64,000 nucleotides of DNA from Octopus vulgaris (GCA_951406725.2 OX597821.1:93434001-93498000), one strand, 5' to 3'; shown: positions 26,901 through 40,395, counted from the stretch's first letter. Notes: generated from the letters alone by a model not told the origin. Translations and numbers: made by a program.

Positions 26901-28608
26901 ACTAAAATATTACCTCCTGTTGAGCCGGATCATTGATCCATTCTTAAATCTTGTTTGACTTGGAGCAGGTTGTCTCATAGAAATTCTTTGTTGTCTGCTA
27001 TGTCAAATGTTTTTATCTCCTCTACTTCTTCCTTCTCCTCCTCCCAAGTCTTTTCTGAAAAAAAATTTCCTGAAGGGCTGTTCAGCTTTTCATACCCTCA
27101 TTCTCTATATTTCCTTTTTCTCTTTTCCACCCCATCTCTCACTTGTGTCACTAATTCTTCATCTATGTTAAATGGTATATAATTCACCCAGAAAAATTTT
27201 AATATTCACTTCTGACAACTGGAGAGAGATAAAACGGTAGGGAGCTCTATTTCCAGAGTAAACTAGAGCAAAGAGAAGCAAAATGCACTTCTCAAAGACA
27301 CAATGTATCATCTGGTCCCAAAATCAGACTTATGACCTTACGATCATGAAGCCAACGCTCAAAGCCACTAGGCCACATGCCTTCACACACACACACACAC
27401 ACACACTCACTCATAGACTTTCCAAGATTGTAATTGGGCTCTAAAGCTAGCATGAGTGAACAAATAAAAATGGCACCAGAATAGACACAATTTTTAATTT
27501 CTTTTGCGTTTCCATTTTGTGTTTAAAATAAATCGATAGAAAAGATTTATTGTTAAATCAAAAAATCTATATTGTATTTAAAATCAAAGAACAATAAAGA
27601 AAAGTGCAATATTTAATTATTTTATATTTTAGCTGTAAAATTTAAACAAAAGAAAACAATATATCTTGCAACCACAACAGCCTCTTTCGTTTATGGCTTT
27701 TTTCTTATCCTGTTATCTATTACTGTATTACAACCCACCTCAATGAAGTGAGGTGGATTATAATGCATTTCACTCAAAAGCGGAGTTAACCCAGACACTA
27801 TATAATCGTTCGTCATAGAATGAATGTGTAAAGGAACTGTCTGGAACAGGTTGGGTCTTTTGCACTGTTTGGGTGCAACACAATTTCTTTCTTTGTTTCC
27901 AAAAACTACCGGTGTCAGGAACAAGAAATCAACCTTAAAAAATATGACACTTTATTTCGTTATTTACATAAAGAAGGCACGTTGGTAAATTGGTAACCAC
28001 TTGGTGTAGGAACAGCAAGACTGAAGTTAAACATTTGTAAAGATAAACCTCACAACAACTCCAGCAGCAACAGAGCCGGTCAAATCCCAAGCGTCTGAGA
28101 CAGGAGAATAGGCTGATAACACGTTAAACACGTCTTCTCTCTTCAACGAACGCCATAGAATTCGTTCCCAGTTTTTAGCGCATGTGCATTAGGGAACTTA
28201 CGTCACTACAAATGTATAGTGTTATGTGTGTCAGCTAAAGGATTGTCCTGAAACTACAATATAGCAATGTATTTGATCCTGCGTTTTGCCATATACGAAT
28301 CTCAAGCCACAGTTCAGTCAGAGTTGAACATGTGCGCAACCGAGATTTTGTCCAACGAATAGTTGTCGTTCGTGTGATAGTTCGGTGGTTAGACTGGATT
28401 CTTCCATGATCACAGTCAAATCAACCGCTGATATCGCAGAGCATCGAGACGTCGGAGCCGCCATGACGTTCTCCACTCTTGCCAATTCAGAGCGCTTTGG
28501 GTCGAGTTTGTATTACACTCCCCTAACAGCTGTTCTCACAACTGCATATTCAATCTAGAGAAATTGAAGAAGACATGTCACAGCACCTGAATATTTATTT
28601 GGTAAATA

Positions 28609-28814
28609 CGAGGGAGTTCTGAAAAGTTCCTGGCTTTGAGTAAACGCAAATACATAATTATGATTATATTCAACATGTTCCCCTCTTAGGTTCCCACACT
28701 TATTGCAGCGGTCCTTCAGTTTTTCTAAGTCCCGCAAAAGAACTCGGAATGTTGGGCCTGCAACCAGGTCTTTTGCGATACTCTTAAAGCCAGGAACTTT
28801 TCAGCACCCCCTCA
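28609..28814 (-). mobile_element. Internally deleted mariner (MITE-sized)
   Basis: TIR (C/T)GAGGG..CTGAAAAGTTCCTGGCTTT, TA on both flanks, retains mariner C-terminus LEKLKDRCNKC..LRGEHVE. Confidence 0.88.
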
Positions 28815-29589
28815 TATCAAAAACAAGCCCTGTGTAGAGTTGCAAATAAGGACTTTCCCAACGTGTCCTATTACGCTGTCTCATCTTATCGTTTCTATTA
28901 ATTTTATTGCAGAAACACCTTTCCTATTCATGTAACAAATAAACCATGTTACAACCATAAATAAAACATCAGCTACAATTTGTGACCCGGTAAGTTTAGA
29001 TAAAATATGTTTGTGAACACATGTCCTTCAAGTGCATTGTAGTTGGTTAGTTTTTTGTTGGCGTTTGGATCTGTCACACTGCTGGTGCTCATTAAATCTT
29101 TGTATGCATTTTTTAATAAATTAACTCCCAAGCGATTTCTATTAAAATGCTTTGAATTTAAAGTACTAACATAAGAAGCAACATTTCTAAAATGTTCATG
29201 TTTTTTTTATAAGAAAGTCTTTGCTTGGTGGAAAGGAGAATCTTTTGAAAAAATTCGCACAATCCGAATGCTTTTCTGAAATAAAAAATCGAAATATTCA
29301 GATGCTGTCCTTATAAGCGAAAATTCATTTTGGTAACGTGGTCATCCCATGTTTTTGAACTGGAGAACAATTTATTCTCTCTCTTCCTTTCAAGAAATTT
29401 TCGGGAAGGCAGCCAATAGTGGCTTTAAAGATGAATTAATATATAACGCCTCTAATAATAATAATACGAATAATAACAATAGACCTAAAAATAAACCTTG
29501 AAGAATAATTTGGTTCGTACCACACCTTTCCCTTAATATTAAAACCAACTTCGGTAAAAGATTCCTGTCTCTCTTGAACATTCATTTTC

Positions 29590-30480
29590 CTGAAAATCAC
29601 AGGCACAGAAATGTATTTAACAGGCGCTTAGTTAAATTATCATATAGCTGTTGTCCCAATATGAAGAACATCATTACACACAAACACCACCAAGTGCCTA
29701 CTCCTGGTTGTATCTCTCGTGACCCAAGAACCTGTCCACTCTACTAGAGATGCATGATTAAATGTCATATATGAAGCAGAAATTACAGCAACGCTAGATG
29801 ATAACATAACCGAAAAGAAATGCTACACTGGGCTATCTGAAGGTGACTTCAAAAATCCCTATGCTAACCACATATCTTACTTCCGATACAAGAACAAAGG
29901 TAAAACCACTAAGTTAGCTATCCACATATGTGGTTTGAAGTCTATCGCCACACCACATACAATAAAGTGGAAAATAGTTTAAAAGTCTAAACCGTATGTC
30001 AAAGAATAAAAAAAAAATGTAAGCTATGCGTAACTGAAAGAACAGATTCTTTTCAGATCTAAGAACTCTATCGCGTTACTCAATTCCAGATCTGAAATTT
30101 TTAGAAACTGTAAGCGCATGGATAAGTTCCTGTTGGCGAATTAGAAAGTACCACCTTCTCCGGATTGAACAGCTGTATAGCAGATTTTAGGCCACAATTT
30201 CTTTCATCCTTATAACATTACAGTTAAAGGGGACATAACTGTAATTATTATTCTCTTGCTTCTCGCTGTTTTCTTTTTCGTTTTCCGGGTTTTACATCTT
30301 CCTTTCACCTTTTACATCTTCGTTCTCTTTTTAGCTTGTTATGCCAAATGTGTTTAAAAAATGCTCTCTGAGCTGTTTTCATCGTATTTAACTAATAGTA
30401 GCTCATAAAAATATATATTGAGCTTATTAAATAATATTTATTTCCCACCAGATGGGGTACTTTTTTTGTTGATCTTACAC
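29590..30480 (+). mobile_element. Penelope-like element 3' remnant with GIY-YIG endonuclease pseudogene, ending at (TA)n
   Basis: SYSCCPNMKNII, CPL, VIYEAEI, YTGLSEGDFK..YANH, IKWKIV, CKLCVTE, LNSRSEIFRNCKRMDKFLL; stops and frameshifts. Confidence 0.8.
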
Positions 30481-30805
30481 TATATATATATATATATATA
30501 TATATCGAAAATGAATTAAGATGGTGTTTCCAGAATTGAAAGAGATAACAAACGATCAGAATAATTTTTCCATCAAGGGTCATTTACATCCAGTACAAAA
30601 AATATGCTGATTACAATAGATCCAAAGAGTATTAAAATAAATCGAAAATGTAGCACAATATGTTGAATAACAGCATAGAGAATAGTGTGTGCAACAATAG
30701 CGAATAGCCATATGAAATGAACGCGTTACTGACTCATGAAAATACATAAAAATTTCATTTTATAATCTGCAATGAAGTTAACAGAAATTAATAGTAGTTC
30801 GTAGC

Positions 30806-30912
30806 AAAATGTTCAATTAAATAACGTCTGGATGAAAGAGAGTTCATATTTACAAAAGTGTTTAATTAGATAATGTCTGGATGAGACAGAGTTCATATTT
30901 ACAAAAATGTTC
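30806..30912. repeat. ~49-bp tandem duplication, about 2 copies
   Basis: GTCTGGATGA..AGAGTTCATATTTACAAAA occurs twice. Confidence 0.8.
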
Positions 30913-31689
30913 GGGGGAAAAATTAATATGAAATAATCAAAGAAAAATTCAAGACAATATTTCAAACAACAATTGATATGAGCATAAAATCAATTTGTGT
31001 GTCTTGCCATAAAGTGTATGTTAATGAGCACAAAAATATATTATTTTGATAAAGTGTGTGTGAGAGAGAGAGAGAGCATTGATTTTGAATGGCGTGGGCT
31101 CGTGTAGATGCTGAAATAGACTGGCTGTCTACGAGAAAATATTTCCTTTAGAAAGGTACGTAGGCTCCTGCAAGTCTGTCTTGTGAGGACGATTTAGAGG
31201 CGGAGGTTGTCTGATTAGTAGAAAATAACCAGAAAAATCATATAAAATAACTGCGCATTATTTCTGTTTTATACTCATCGACTACAGCCGTTCCTCGCTC
31301 TCTTTTGCTTTTAAAGCATTTCCAAATGTAAGGTGAAATACTTTAATTGAAGTCATGTTCCCTCCACTTTCTTTTTAGATATCATTTGGATATTTATAAA
31401 TGTGAAAGAATGACAATAAATGATTTCATAATATTGATTTTTTATTACCCACAAGTGGCCAACGGAGAGGGGACAATACAATCTGATTTTGGGGTCAGAT
31501 GAGCGAATGATTATACAAAAAAAATGACATTAAAAATTTTACAGAAAATAAGAAAATATAATAAAATCGAATGGTAGGACAGACCGGAAGACATTGCGGA
31601 TGGAGTGGGGGCGGGGTTTAATTCGGACCCCACGGGCCCCGCCTCGCCACTGATACCTGAGTTACATCCTGTGTCGCATTCATGAGGTT

Positions 31690-34671
31690 CCATCTACACG
31701 CAACAACCGTGCTACATTCTTCCATCGATTTTCAAACATTTTCACAGTCAGACATTTTCTCTCTAGCCCTATTTTCCTTTTAAGGTGAAAGGTGAATTAA
31801 TTCACCAATTCAGGGCCAGAGATGAAATTGCCTGACTTTAACCCTTTCAGCCTCGTTCTCCAAATTACCTTTCTCGCAATTGCTACTACATTGAGAAAAC
31901 AATTCTTACCTTCTTTCGAAAGGAAATCAGGGGGGGTCAATTTTTACTATAGACTCAGTCGATAGCTGTACTCTTCCTGCACTTGACAACAGTTGTTCGG
32001 CATAAACCCACACATCTGACATCTCCGAACATTGAACAATAGCATGCGGGACGGTTTCCCTATCCCGCTTGCATCTTAGACAAGTCGAAGGGCCACAGCC
32101 ACCATGCCTTGTGAGCTTGTCCCGAACAGGTAAGGCTCCTCTGTAACACTGCCATGCCAGAGACTTCTGAAAGTTGTCCAAGGTCTTCAGCTTGGATGTA
32201 CATTGGAACAGACTAGCTAGCTGATTATCGCCGAGACCTAAGGATTCCCTTAAGGTATCATCACATTCCGCCTCTACAAGCCCTCTATAAAAGAATGTGG
32301 TGGAACCTCCACCGCAGGCATTGCCCGAGCGACGGAATAGCAAGAGAGCCTTGCGACACTCCGTAAACCATGTACACACTTCGATTTTCGATAGAACCAG
32401 GAGTCCCGTCCACTGAAACTAGTGAACCTGGGAAACATCCATTTCACCAGCGGAGACTACAGCCGTTCACCATCCAGGTAGAACTACAGATGCCTCAACC
32501 TCAGCGCATGTCTGCGCATCAGCAGCCAAGGCATCCCTAGCCCACCTTTTAACGGTTGTTGGCAGCAAGTAGAGCGTTTCACAAGCGGTTTCGAGCCCTT
32601 CCACAAAAAGTAGAAGAGCTGTCTTTCCAGCTTGTTCAACCACGAATCAGGGCAAGGAACGACGGTTAGGCGGTAGGTGATGACGGATGCGATGAATACA
32701 TTGGCTACCTCCGCCCTCTCTTTCAGGGATAGCCACCGCCAAGACACCCTTGACGAACCGAGCGTTTGATGTTGAACGGCCTTGATAAGAAGCCGTTCAC
32801 CCGAACTATAGAGTCGACGTTGTCATAAATCTGAATGATCCACCTGAGGAAGCCAGGACCCAGGCCGAACTGTGCCAGAACGGACACCAGATAGCGATGG
32901 CCAACCCTATCAAATGCCTTAGATTGGTCTAAATTGACCAGTGTCCCACCCTTGCCAGAATCACTATTAAGCCCCTCTAAAGTGTACCGCATAAAATGGA
33001 GATTATCCTGGATGGTTCTGCCGGGAACGGCACATGTCTGTGCCTCCCCGATCAGACCATCCGCGACACGCGCCAATCTTTTCGATAACACTGGCCATCA
33101 CTCTGCATTTAGCAGAGTGATGGGCCGAAAATTATCAACGGAACCCCACTTGTCCGGGTTCTTTCTGACACACGTCACCACTCCCCGGCGCACAGATCTG
33201 GGAATAAACCCGTTCTGCTGCCAGTTCGCGTAGACATTCGTCAGCAGGTGCCCGAACAAGTCTGGCATACTCTTATACAACTCATAGAGTAGACCATCCA
33301 GTCCCGGCGCCCTACCCGCGCCGCAGTCTGCCATAGCCTCAATTACCTCCTCAAGCGTGATCGGCCCTTCACAGCACTCCGCGTCCCGCCCCGATAAGCG
33401 CGGCAACCCGGCGAGGAAGTCCGTTAGGTCCCTCCTACTATCCGGTCCGTCTCACCCACCGAAAAGCTGGGTGAAGTGCTCCTGAAAAGCCTCACACATC
33501 TTCTCAGGCTCGTCTATCAACTTACCTTGTTGGTTCGTCAAAGATCGGATTATGGCATCATTACCACGTTGGGCTTCCACCACTCAGGGCCATCCTGTAG
33601 CCTTGATTCCCTCACAACCCACTGCACGAAGCCTAGCTCCGACAATGCAACCCATATGTTTGGCTTCAAGGTTCTGGTTTAATGCCAGTTTCTTGGCCTT
33701 CACCTGAGCCGCAGAGCCAGTTTTTATTGCTTCCTCTAAATCCTTAGCTAAAGCTGATTCCCTCCTAGCCTCTCTAGCCACTAAATCTATGCTATATCTA
33801 ATAGACTCAAATTTTATGGCTCGCTTGAAGGCATACCACCATTTATTATTAATAATGGAACCAGTTAATGCCCTCTGAATCAACATCTTAATCCGGTCTT
33901 TGTACGCCAAAAGGGACGTATTAAGTTTCCAGTAGCCGGAGCTTCTATTATATATATTATCTATGTCAAGCTTACAGTTGACCATTTTATGATCACTGTA
34001 ACTGACCGTGTGAAACTGTGGATACCTAGCTATCTTTCTATCTGCTTTTCTGATTAACACTCTATCTAGGTATGACCTGGAAGATCCGTTGCTATTCGAT
34101 CATGTCCACAATGGAGCGTTCGGAAATTCCAACCTATAGGGATCTGCAAGCTCAAAGCGGCTTAACAGTTCCAGGAAGCCATGATTACCTTTTCTATCTG
34201 TACACGAGCCAACATAATCTAAGTGTGCCTCGCAAATTGTGTTATAGTTTCCTAGCACAACTAAAGAATGTGATGTACCAAGAAACTTCTCCAGATTCCG
34301 AAAATACTCGCTTTGCCCAGTTGGCGTGGGTGCATAAATTGCATCCAGTCTGATAACTTTACCACGACTGAACGTCAAGTCCATGACGACCAGCCTACCT
34401 TCTGGATCTGAAAAAATTAATTTTTTCTCAGAAACCCGGTTTCTTTTTAACAAGGATCAACACCCTGCTCCTGCTGGAAGGACTGCTTGGAGAGAAAAAA
34501 ACTCTCATAGCCATCCAACAGCTGGAGCAGATCTCTTGGCCCCCTTAGCCGGGTTTCTGTAGCAACAATAACATCCAAACTACGCGACCTGATGTCATTA
34601 AGGAAGCGACCTTGCTTCCAGCTTGACCTCAGGCCACGCACATTTATACAACCTACATGAATGCTTGACAT
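31690..34671 (-). pseudogene. Tx1 ORF2 (APE endonuclease-reverse transcriptase), frameshifted, with internal deletion after RQGC that removes the YADD region
   Basis: CINVRGL, IYAP, YSDH, GYWKLN, APGLDG, NFRPITLLN, LDQSKAFDRV, VRQGC, GGLGMP, CLRC..ETVPH. Confidence 0.9.
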
Positions 34672-34685
34672 TGCTTACCTCTGCA

Positions 34686-35963
34686 TCAGTGGTTCGAGGT
34701 GTCTTCGTTCTCGTTTTCTTTCTCCTTTTCTAGGTCTCGTGGCGTATTTGGACGTAGGCCCTTGTAAATATATGGAGAAAAATCCATTCTGAGAGGGTCT
34801 ACGTCGTGAAAGAATTCGGACTTAATACGTCCGTAATCCTTCCGGCCTATCCTGTAGACGAGAAAGTCTTTTGATGATGTTTTTTCTACCCGTTTGGCAG
34901 ATGAAATAACTACCAAACGGTTAATCAGTCTATTGTTCGAAGCCTTTATGGCCATGTATGTATTTTCATTTTCTTTCTCAAGTTCAGTTTAGTAGGGGCG
35001 GTCTGTGTTTTTTTCTTCTTTTTTAGGGAAACAGTCGACCACCCCTCCTCTCTGTCTTTCTCTTCACTCTCTTCTGTTGATAATGGTGTTGATGCTGGCG
35101 TTTCATTTGTTGTTTCTTCTAATACTTCTTCTTGTTCCTTTTCTTTTGGTTTACATTCCGACCTGATGTGGCCCTTCAACCCGCAGTTAAAACACCTTGG
35201 TTTTCTTCCTTCCACAAATACTATTAATCTTTCTTCTCCGCCGACATTTATGACTTCTGCAATCTCTTCGAGGGCTGCGACTTCTGCTTGAATTAACATT
35301 GTCAAGCATTGTCCCTTCCAGTTCTCCTCCTTTTCCACAGAGGCCTGGAGAATAGTTATTTTTTTCATCCAGGCCCATCGTGATAGCTGCCACTAAACAG
35401 GTGGCATCAACTTCTGGTGGGAGGGGTTGACTTTCTCCTTCGATGTTCTTCTTCCCATAAATACGGGAAGAAGAACCACTTCCTCCGTTCTGAGGGTCTC
35501 CGAGGAGTACTTCTTGGCTGCTTCCTCTGACCTAAACCTCACTTCGACCGTTCCAAATCTTTTGCCACGGTTAATATACGTAATATCAGGCCAAATGGGT
35601 TTGAGGCATTTTCCCACAATTTTCCCCTCTGTTTTATATATCCTTTTTTTTTCCAATGTTGTACGTTTTATACATGAATCTCTTCCTGTTAACTATGTCA
35701 GTTTTTTCTTCCGGAGTAACCACCCGAATTTCAGACCCTTCTTTTTTAGTATGGACATGTATCTTTGCAGATTACTTCTCTCCGTATTTAACTGTGTTTC
35801 TTTTCCCTCCCGCTACCTCGGCGAACATTTTTGGCGACAGTGCCGGTGATTTTTTCCCTTCAAAAAAATTTGGTTCTCTCGGCGTCACTGCCGGTGAAAT
35901 TCTTTCTTCATCTGCTTCAGACACAGGTGAGTATGACAATGGTGCATGCATAGAAGTTTCCAT
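34686..35963 (-). pseudogene. Tx1 ORF1 nucleic-acid-binding protein, frameshifted
   Basis: RRM-like region and CFNCGLKGHIRSEC zinc knuckle spread over ORFs 35772-35975, 35393-35656, 34946-35368 and 34686-34955. Confidence 0.8.
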
Positions 35964-36176
35964 TTTTTTTTTCACAAAATTGGCTTAAAAAGCCACAAGT
36001 TATAATAACTATAATTCCTCCGTAGGGGGGAATTTCAACAAGCAGCCTCCAAAAAAAGCAAACAACAGTTCTTTTCAACAAAACAGTAACAATAATTCAC
36101 CACAGTACTTCAACCAAATAAAACACAGAGAAAAAGTGAAACGTACCAACAACAGGAGGCTTGCACTAAGAAATTT

Positions 36177-36578
36177 GGATCTTTTCGATTTGAACAGCAG
36201 TTTTTGACATAATTTCTAAAAATTTTTAAACTTCGTATACTGGTAGAATGTGTTTATAAAACATCTTTTTCTCTTGGCTTTATTGAGAAAATTCTATAAT
36301 TTGTAAGATGTTTGTTGTTTTTTTTCTTCAATTTCTGCAATTTCAACCAATCAAATACGTCTATTGAGGTAAAAAGCATTCTGTGCCGTATGAATGTGTC
36401 CCTCGTTTAAGAAACAGATTGAGTTTATTTACATTTGTGAAGAAAAAAAGATACCTTTCCCCTAACCCTAACCCTAAGAGAGATTGAAATGCAATAGATC
36501 GATTCTAGGGTCATAATTATGGGTGACAATTTCATATGACACCGCTAGAAAAAACTGCCGTTCAAACCGAAAAGATTC
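36177..36578. mobile_element. Second Merlin-like MITE copy, opposite orientation, inserted in the Tx1 5' UTR
   Basis: Same TIRs; 8-bp TSD AGAAATTT at 36169-36176 and 36579-36586. Confidence 0.9.
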
Positions 36579-37201
36579 AGAAATTTGAAGCTATGAGAGT
36601 TTGCAACAAAATGATTTCATAATATTATTAAAATCAATCATATGAAACATATATAATCCTTTCGGTACCTTATGGCTATCTCACTACCGTTTTATGAAAA
36701 ATATCGGTACTTATGGTTGTCTTCCCCAACTAAAAAAATTGTTTAACCCTCAATAAAGCAAAGAAAAACATGTAAAATTAATAAACGTGAAAACGGAAAA
36801 AATGAACAGGACATCTTATTGAGTCTGTAGGGGCTTCGTGCAGGTATGACGTGGATTCGATTCTCGATCGCCAAATTTCACATAACAGTTCAACAACACT
36901 TTTCTCACGGTAAAACAATAGTTTTTCTGTGAGTGACGTAGTTACATTTACTAGATGCCGTCTTGGCATTCGAGAATCGAATCCACACCATGCTTGCATG
37001 AAGCCATCACAAATCTAATAACATTTTTATAACAAATCATATTATGCCTATCTAGGAGGCCAAACGTCAACAATGTGCTGAAGTATTGAATCAAAAGGAT
37101 CGAACCCTTTTAATCCAATCTCTTGTCTCCACATAAACTCAGCTTCGTCATGGGGAGGTAATCCAATTTTTTAATGGGGGTGACATAACCAAAAAGTACC
37201 G

Positions 37202-37381
37202 TCCTTTCTACTATAGGTACGAGGCCTGAAATTTTGGGGGAGGAGACTAGTCAATTACATCGACCCCAGAGCGTAACTGGTACTTATTTCATCGACCCCG
37301 AAAGGACGAAAGGCAAAGTCGATCTCTGTGGAATTTGAACTCAGAACATAGCGGCAAACGATTCAGCCAGCTCGCCGCCTT
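37202..37381 (-). mobile_element. SINE family B, CCTATAGTAGAAAGGA tail variant, internally deleted
   Basis: Head AAGGCGGCGAGCTGGC, B box and body motif on the minus strand. Confidence 0.8.
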
Positions 37382-37779
37382 GAAACATGTATACAATGCT
37401 GGTGTGTACATATCCATTTGTGGTGTTAGCGGTGTTATGGGCTGTGATGAGTTATGTGATGTTGGTGGAGAGGATGACAGATGAGGTGGACGGAAGTAAG
37501 GCTTACAGGGGCCGGCGGAAGAGTGAAAGGGGCATGCGTGGACAGGAAGCACGTGTGGTCAGTTCCAGCAAAGACGGCAGAGCGACAAGACGTGTTGATT
37601 TCGTGAGAGTGACCGCTGATTTTGCCGAGGTAAGGCCTTTTGTATTTCTTTCTCCCGTTGCTTCGTTTTCTGTTGTGCTTTTCCTCCATCACACTACACC
37701 AATATCCAAAAATAGAAATGAAAAACTAGGAAAGGAAAAGGAAAAACATCAATACAACACCATGTGCCTCAATTGGTTG

Positions 37780-38163
37780 CACACCACAAGGCTAACATGC
37801 TCGCGGTATTACCACTGGTGATTGCGAGGCTAAGGCGTCGAAACATTCAAGCACCCTCGCGGGCATCACCTGACACCTCAGTAAGGTGAGCCTCCAACGA
37901 TGACAAGAACTCTCTTTTGCCGCAGCATCCATGATATGTGATGGAGCAAAGGAGCCACAGACAGAGGCATCCTAGATGAGGCACCTGCATCTTACCCAGA
38001 GACAAAGGGTAAAAACATCTGGTTCCTTCCCGTCGCTTCTGGATAATACCCGCGGCTCCAGAACTGGGGGGATATTAACCCGAGCCAGGGCCTGCTTAAT
38101 GATTACATTCAGCTCGGTGTGACGAGCGGAACGACCAGCATTTGGGTGGCAAGACAGACCATG
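37780..38163 (-). mobile_element. CRE-clade non-LTR retrotransposon C-terminal (restriction-like endonuclease) remnant
   Basis: HGLSC..AGRSARHTELNVIIKQAL..LEP..RSDGKEPD..W..D..SFAPSH and FRRLSLAITSGNTASML. Confidence 0.75.
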
Positions 38164-38821
38164 AAATAAATATAAAAAGAAATAACTTAAATATTTATAA
38201 GATAGAAAATATAAATTTGTGAAATAATTTTAACGAAGTGTTCCGGTGTTTGATATCGGTTTGCTAAAGTTGAACAGCATCGGTTGCTCCAACAGGCAGA
38301 CCTCCCTGAACTAATAAAGATGTACCTGAATGAACAGTAAAGTTCAAGTCACTTACCTGAAGTTCACCTTTTTTCTTTAACTTTTCGTTAGATATTTTTG
38401 TTGAAACACCTCTAATTTATTTGCATTAATTTCAGAAATAATGAAGAATACAGTAAAATAACTTTGCTGTTAATTATATTAATATTTGGAATACATATTG
38501 ACTTAAAATTTTAATGGGAAATTTTAATTTTCCTTACTATAAGACTAAAAGTTTGAATTATAGAAGCAAGAGCGGTTTTGGATGACTGAAAGTATGAAAG
38601 TAGTATGGTCATCTATGTATCATGCGTAATGTATACATGCTATCGATATTACATCTCATGGATATGCAGTGGTAAAAAGGCAATAAATATCAGAGAGAAG
38701 AGGACACAGTAACTAGCATATCGGCAGTGTGTATACATTAATTATGATACGTAGATAGTTATTTTGATAAAATACTGCCTCCATTGTGTATACTGGGTCA
38801 TTGAATAAATGAAATTATTTT

Positions 38822-38968
38822 ATTCTTTTACTTGTTTCAGCCATTTGACTGCAGCCATGCTGGAGCACCACCTTGCAGAGTTTTAGTTGATGAAATCGAC
38901 CCCAGGACTTATTCTTTGTAAGCCTAGTACTTATTCTATTGGTCTTTTTCGCCGAACCGCTAAGTTAC
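38822..38968 (-). mobile_element. SINE family A 3' fragment
   Basis: Matches 1641-1780. Confidence 0.85.
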
Positions 38969-39989
38969 TAGATTTATTTTTTATTTCGCAAACGAATGAC
39001 ATCAATACAGTAGCGTAACGTGGGGTATGTGAACCGCACAGGGCGGCCAATTTATAAACGCATGTTAGCTGTTATCGAAAATATGCTAAATCTAAAGAAG
39101 ATTTCGGTTACCGCACACGATGACCAAAACCCACACTATGTCACTGCATCAATAATAATGTTACTCTGGTAATAAGACTTTCAAACAAGCAAATATAATT
39201 TTAAAGAAAATTGAGAAAAAAATTATTCACATATAGCTTGGAGTATTTATGGCCAAGGCTTCACTATCACAAAGGCATATATGTCTAATTCACAGCAAAT
39301 GAATTTACTACATAATGGAAGAGAAAATTCATTTGGAAACTATTTTTTGTGGAAGTAAAAACGATATTTTATATTCCAAGATCGCAGAAATAAGAGCGAA
39401 ACATTTGAAAGAAAAAGCAAAGATAAAAAAACTGTAAAATGGAGAAATAATTCTAGCAAAACACTTCTACTGTTTGATATTTTAAAATCCTACTGTACGA
39501 ATAAAATATATTTTAAATAAATTTATGTGGAGATGAAATTCAGATTTAAAGCAAAGTTAATGTTTTCTTTTACAACTGTACCAAAAGTGGTAATGATCGC
39601 TTCTTAAAAAAACAAAAGCAAATTCGGTAGCAAACATTACAACTTGATGGGGCTTTAAAGATTTCTCAAATGAAATCAAGGATTTTCTTTTCTTTCTTTC
39701 TTTTTTTTTTTTCGTTATAGATGTCTTTCTTTGATATTCTACACTGCCAGGATTTTTTCTGTGATGTACATACATTTCTCTAATCCATCAATAATTTTAA
39801 ACATTTTCTTCATATAGTCTTTGAGAATTTTTTCACTGTGTTATTTGATACCATGCATCTAGTACTTCATACACAGTATTCTTTATAGCAAGTTCTTTAT
39901 TTTAGGAATCTTCCATACAGCTCCGCTTCTGTTCATAGCTGCTAGCATTACAATTCAAAAAAAAGTGTCTTTATATTTATTCTTCATAT

Positions 39990-40135
39990 GTTCAGAGTTA
40001 AAATTCCGTCGAAGTCGACTTTACCTTTCGTCCTTTCATAGTTGATAGAATAAGTGCCAGTTGAGCTCTAGGAGTGATGTAATCGACTGCACCCTCTCCT
40101 AAGATTTCAGGCCTTGTGTCTATAGTAGAAAGGAT
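39990..40135 (+). mobile_element. SINE family B, 5'-truncated, TATAGTAGAAAGGAT tail
   Basis: GTCGACTTTACCTTTCGTCCTTTC body; tail as at 37202. Confidence 0.75.
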
Positions 40136-40395
40136 GTTTAGCCTTCTATAACTAATTTGTGACTTAATTGCATACAAGAATTAATGACGTTATAGTTGTG
40201 CAGGGTTCAGTACGATACGTAAATATTATTTCTGAACGGGGCACCTGGAAGATAAATAGAACAGTTGTTCAAGAAAAACAAAATGTTGACCAAAGTATCT
40301 AGTATCTGTGTCCAGCAATGGGTACGAAACCTTAATAGGATATGTTTATGAAACCAATCAGAAAAACGTGTTCCTAGTGGTTCATACCTTTTAGT

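Larger units (their letters stand above)
31436..36608 (-). mobile_element. Full-length but inactivated Tx1-clade (L1 group) non-LTR retrotransposon
   Basis: ORF1 with CCHC knuckle and ORF2 with APE, RT and C-terminal zinc domain. 18-bp TSD AAATGATTTCATAATATT at 31418-31435 and 36609-36626. Confidence 0.93.

Noticed and set aside
27900-28530. Gypsy gag/LTR-like remnant
   Set aside because: Only faint peptide resemblance; no paired LTR or PBS could be established.
36460-36477. Interstitial telomere
   Set aside because: Only three units, and they lie inside a MITE.
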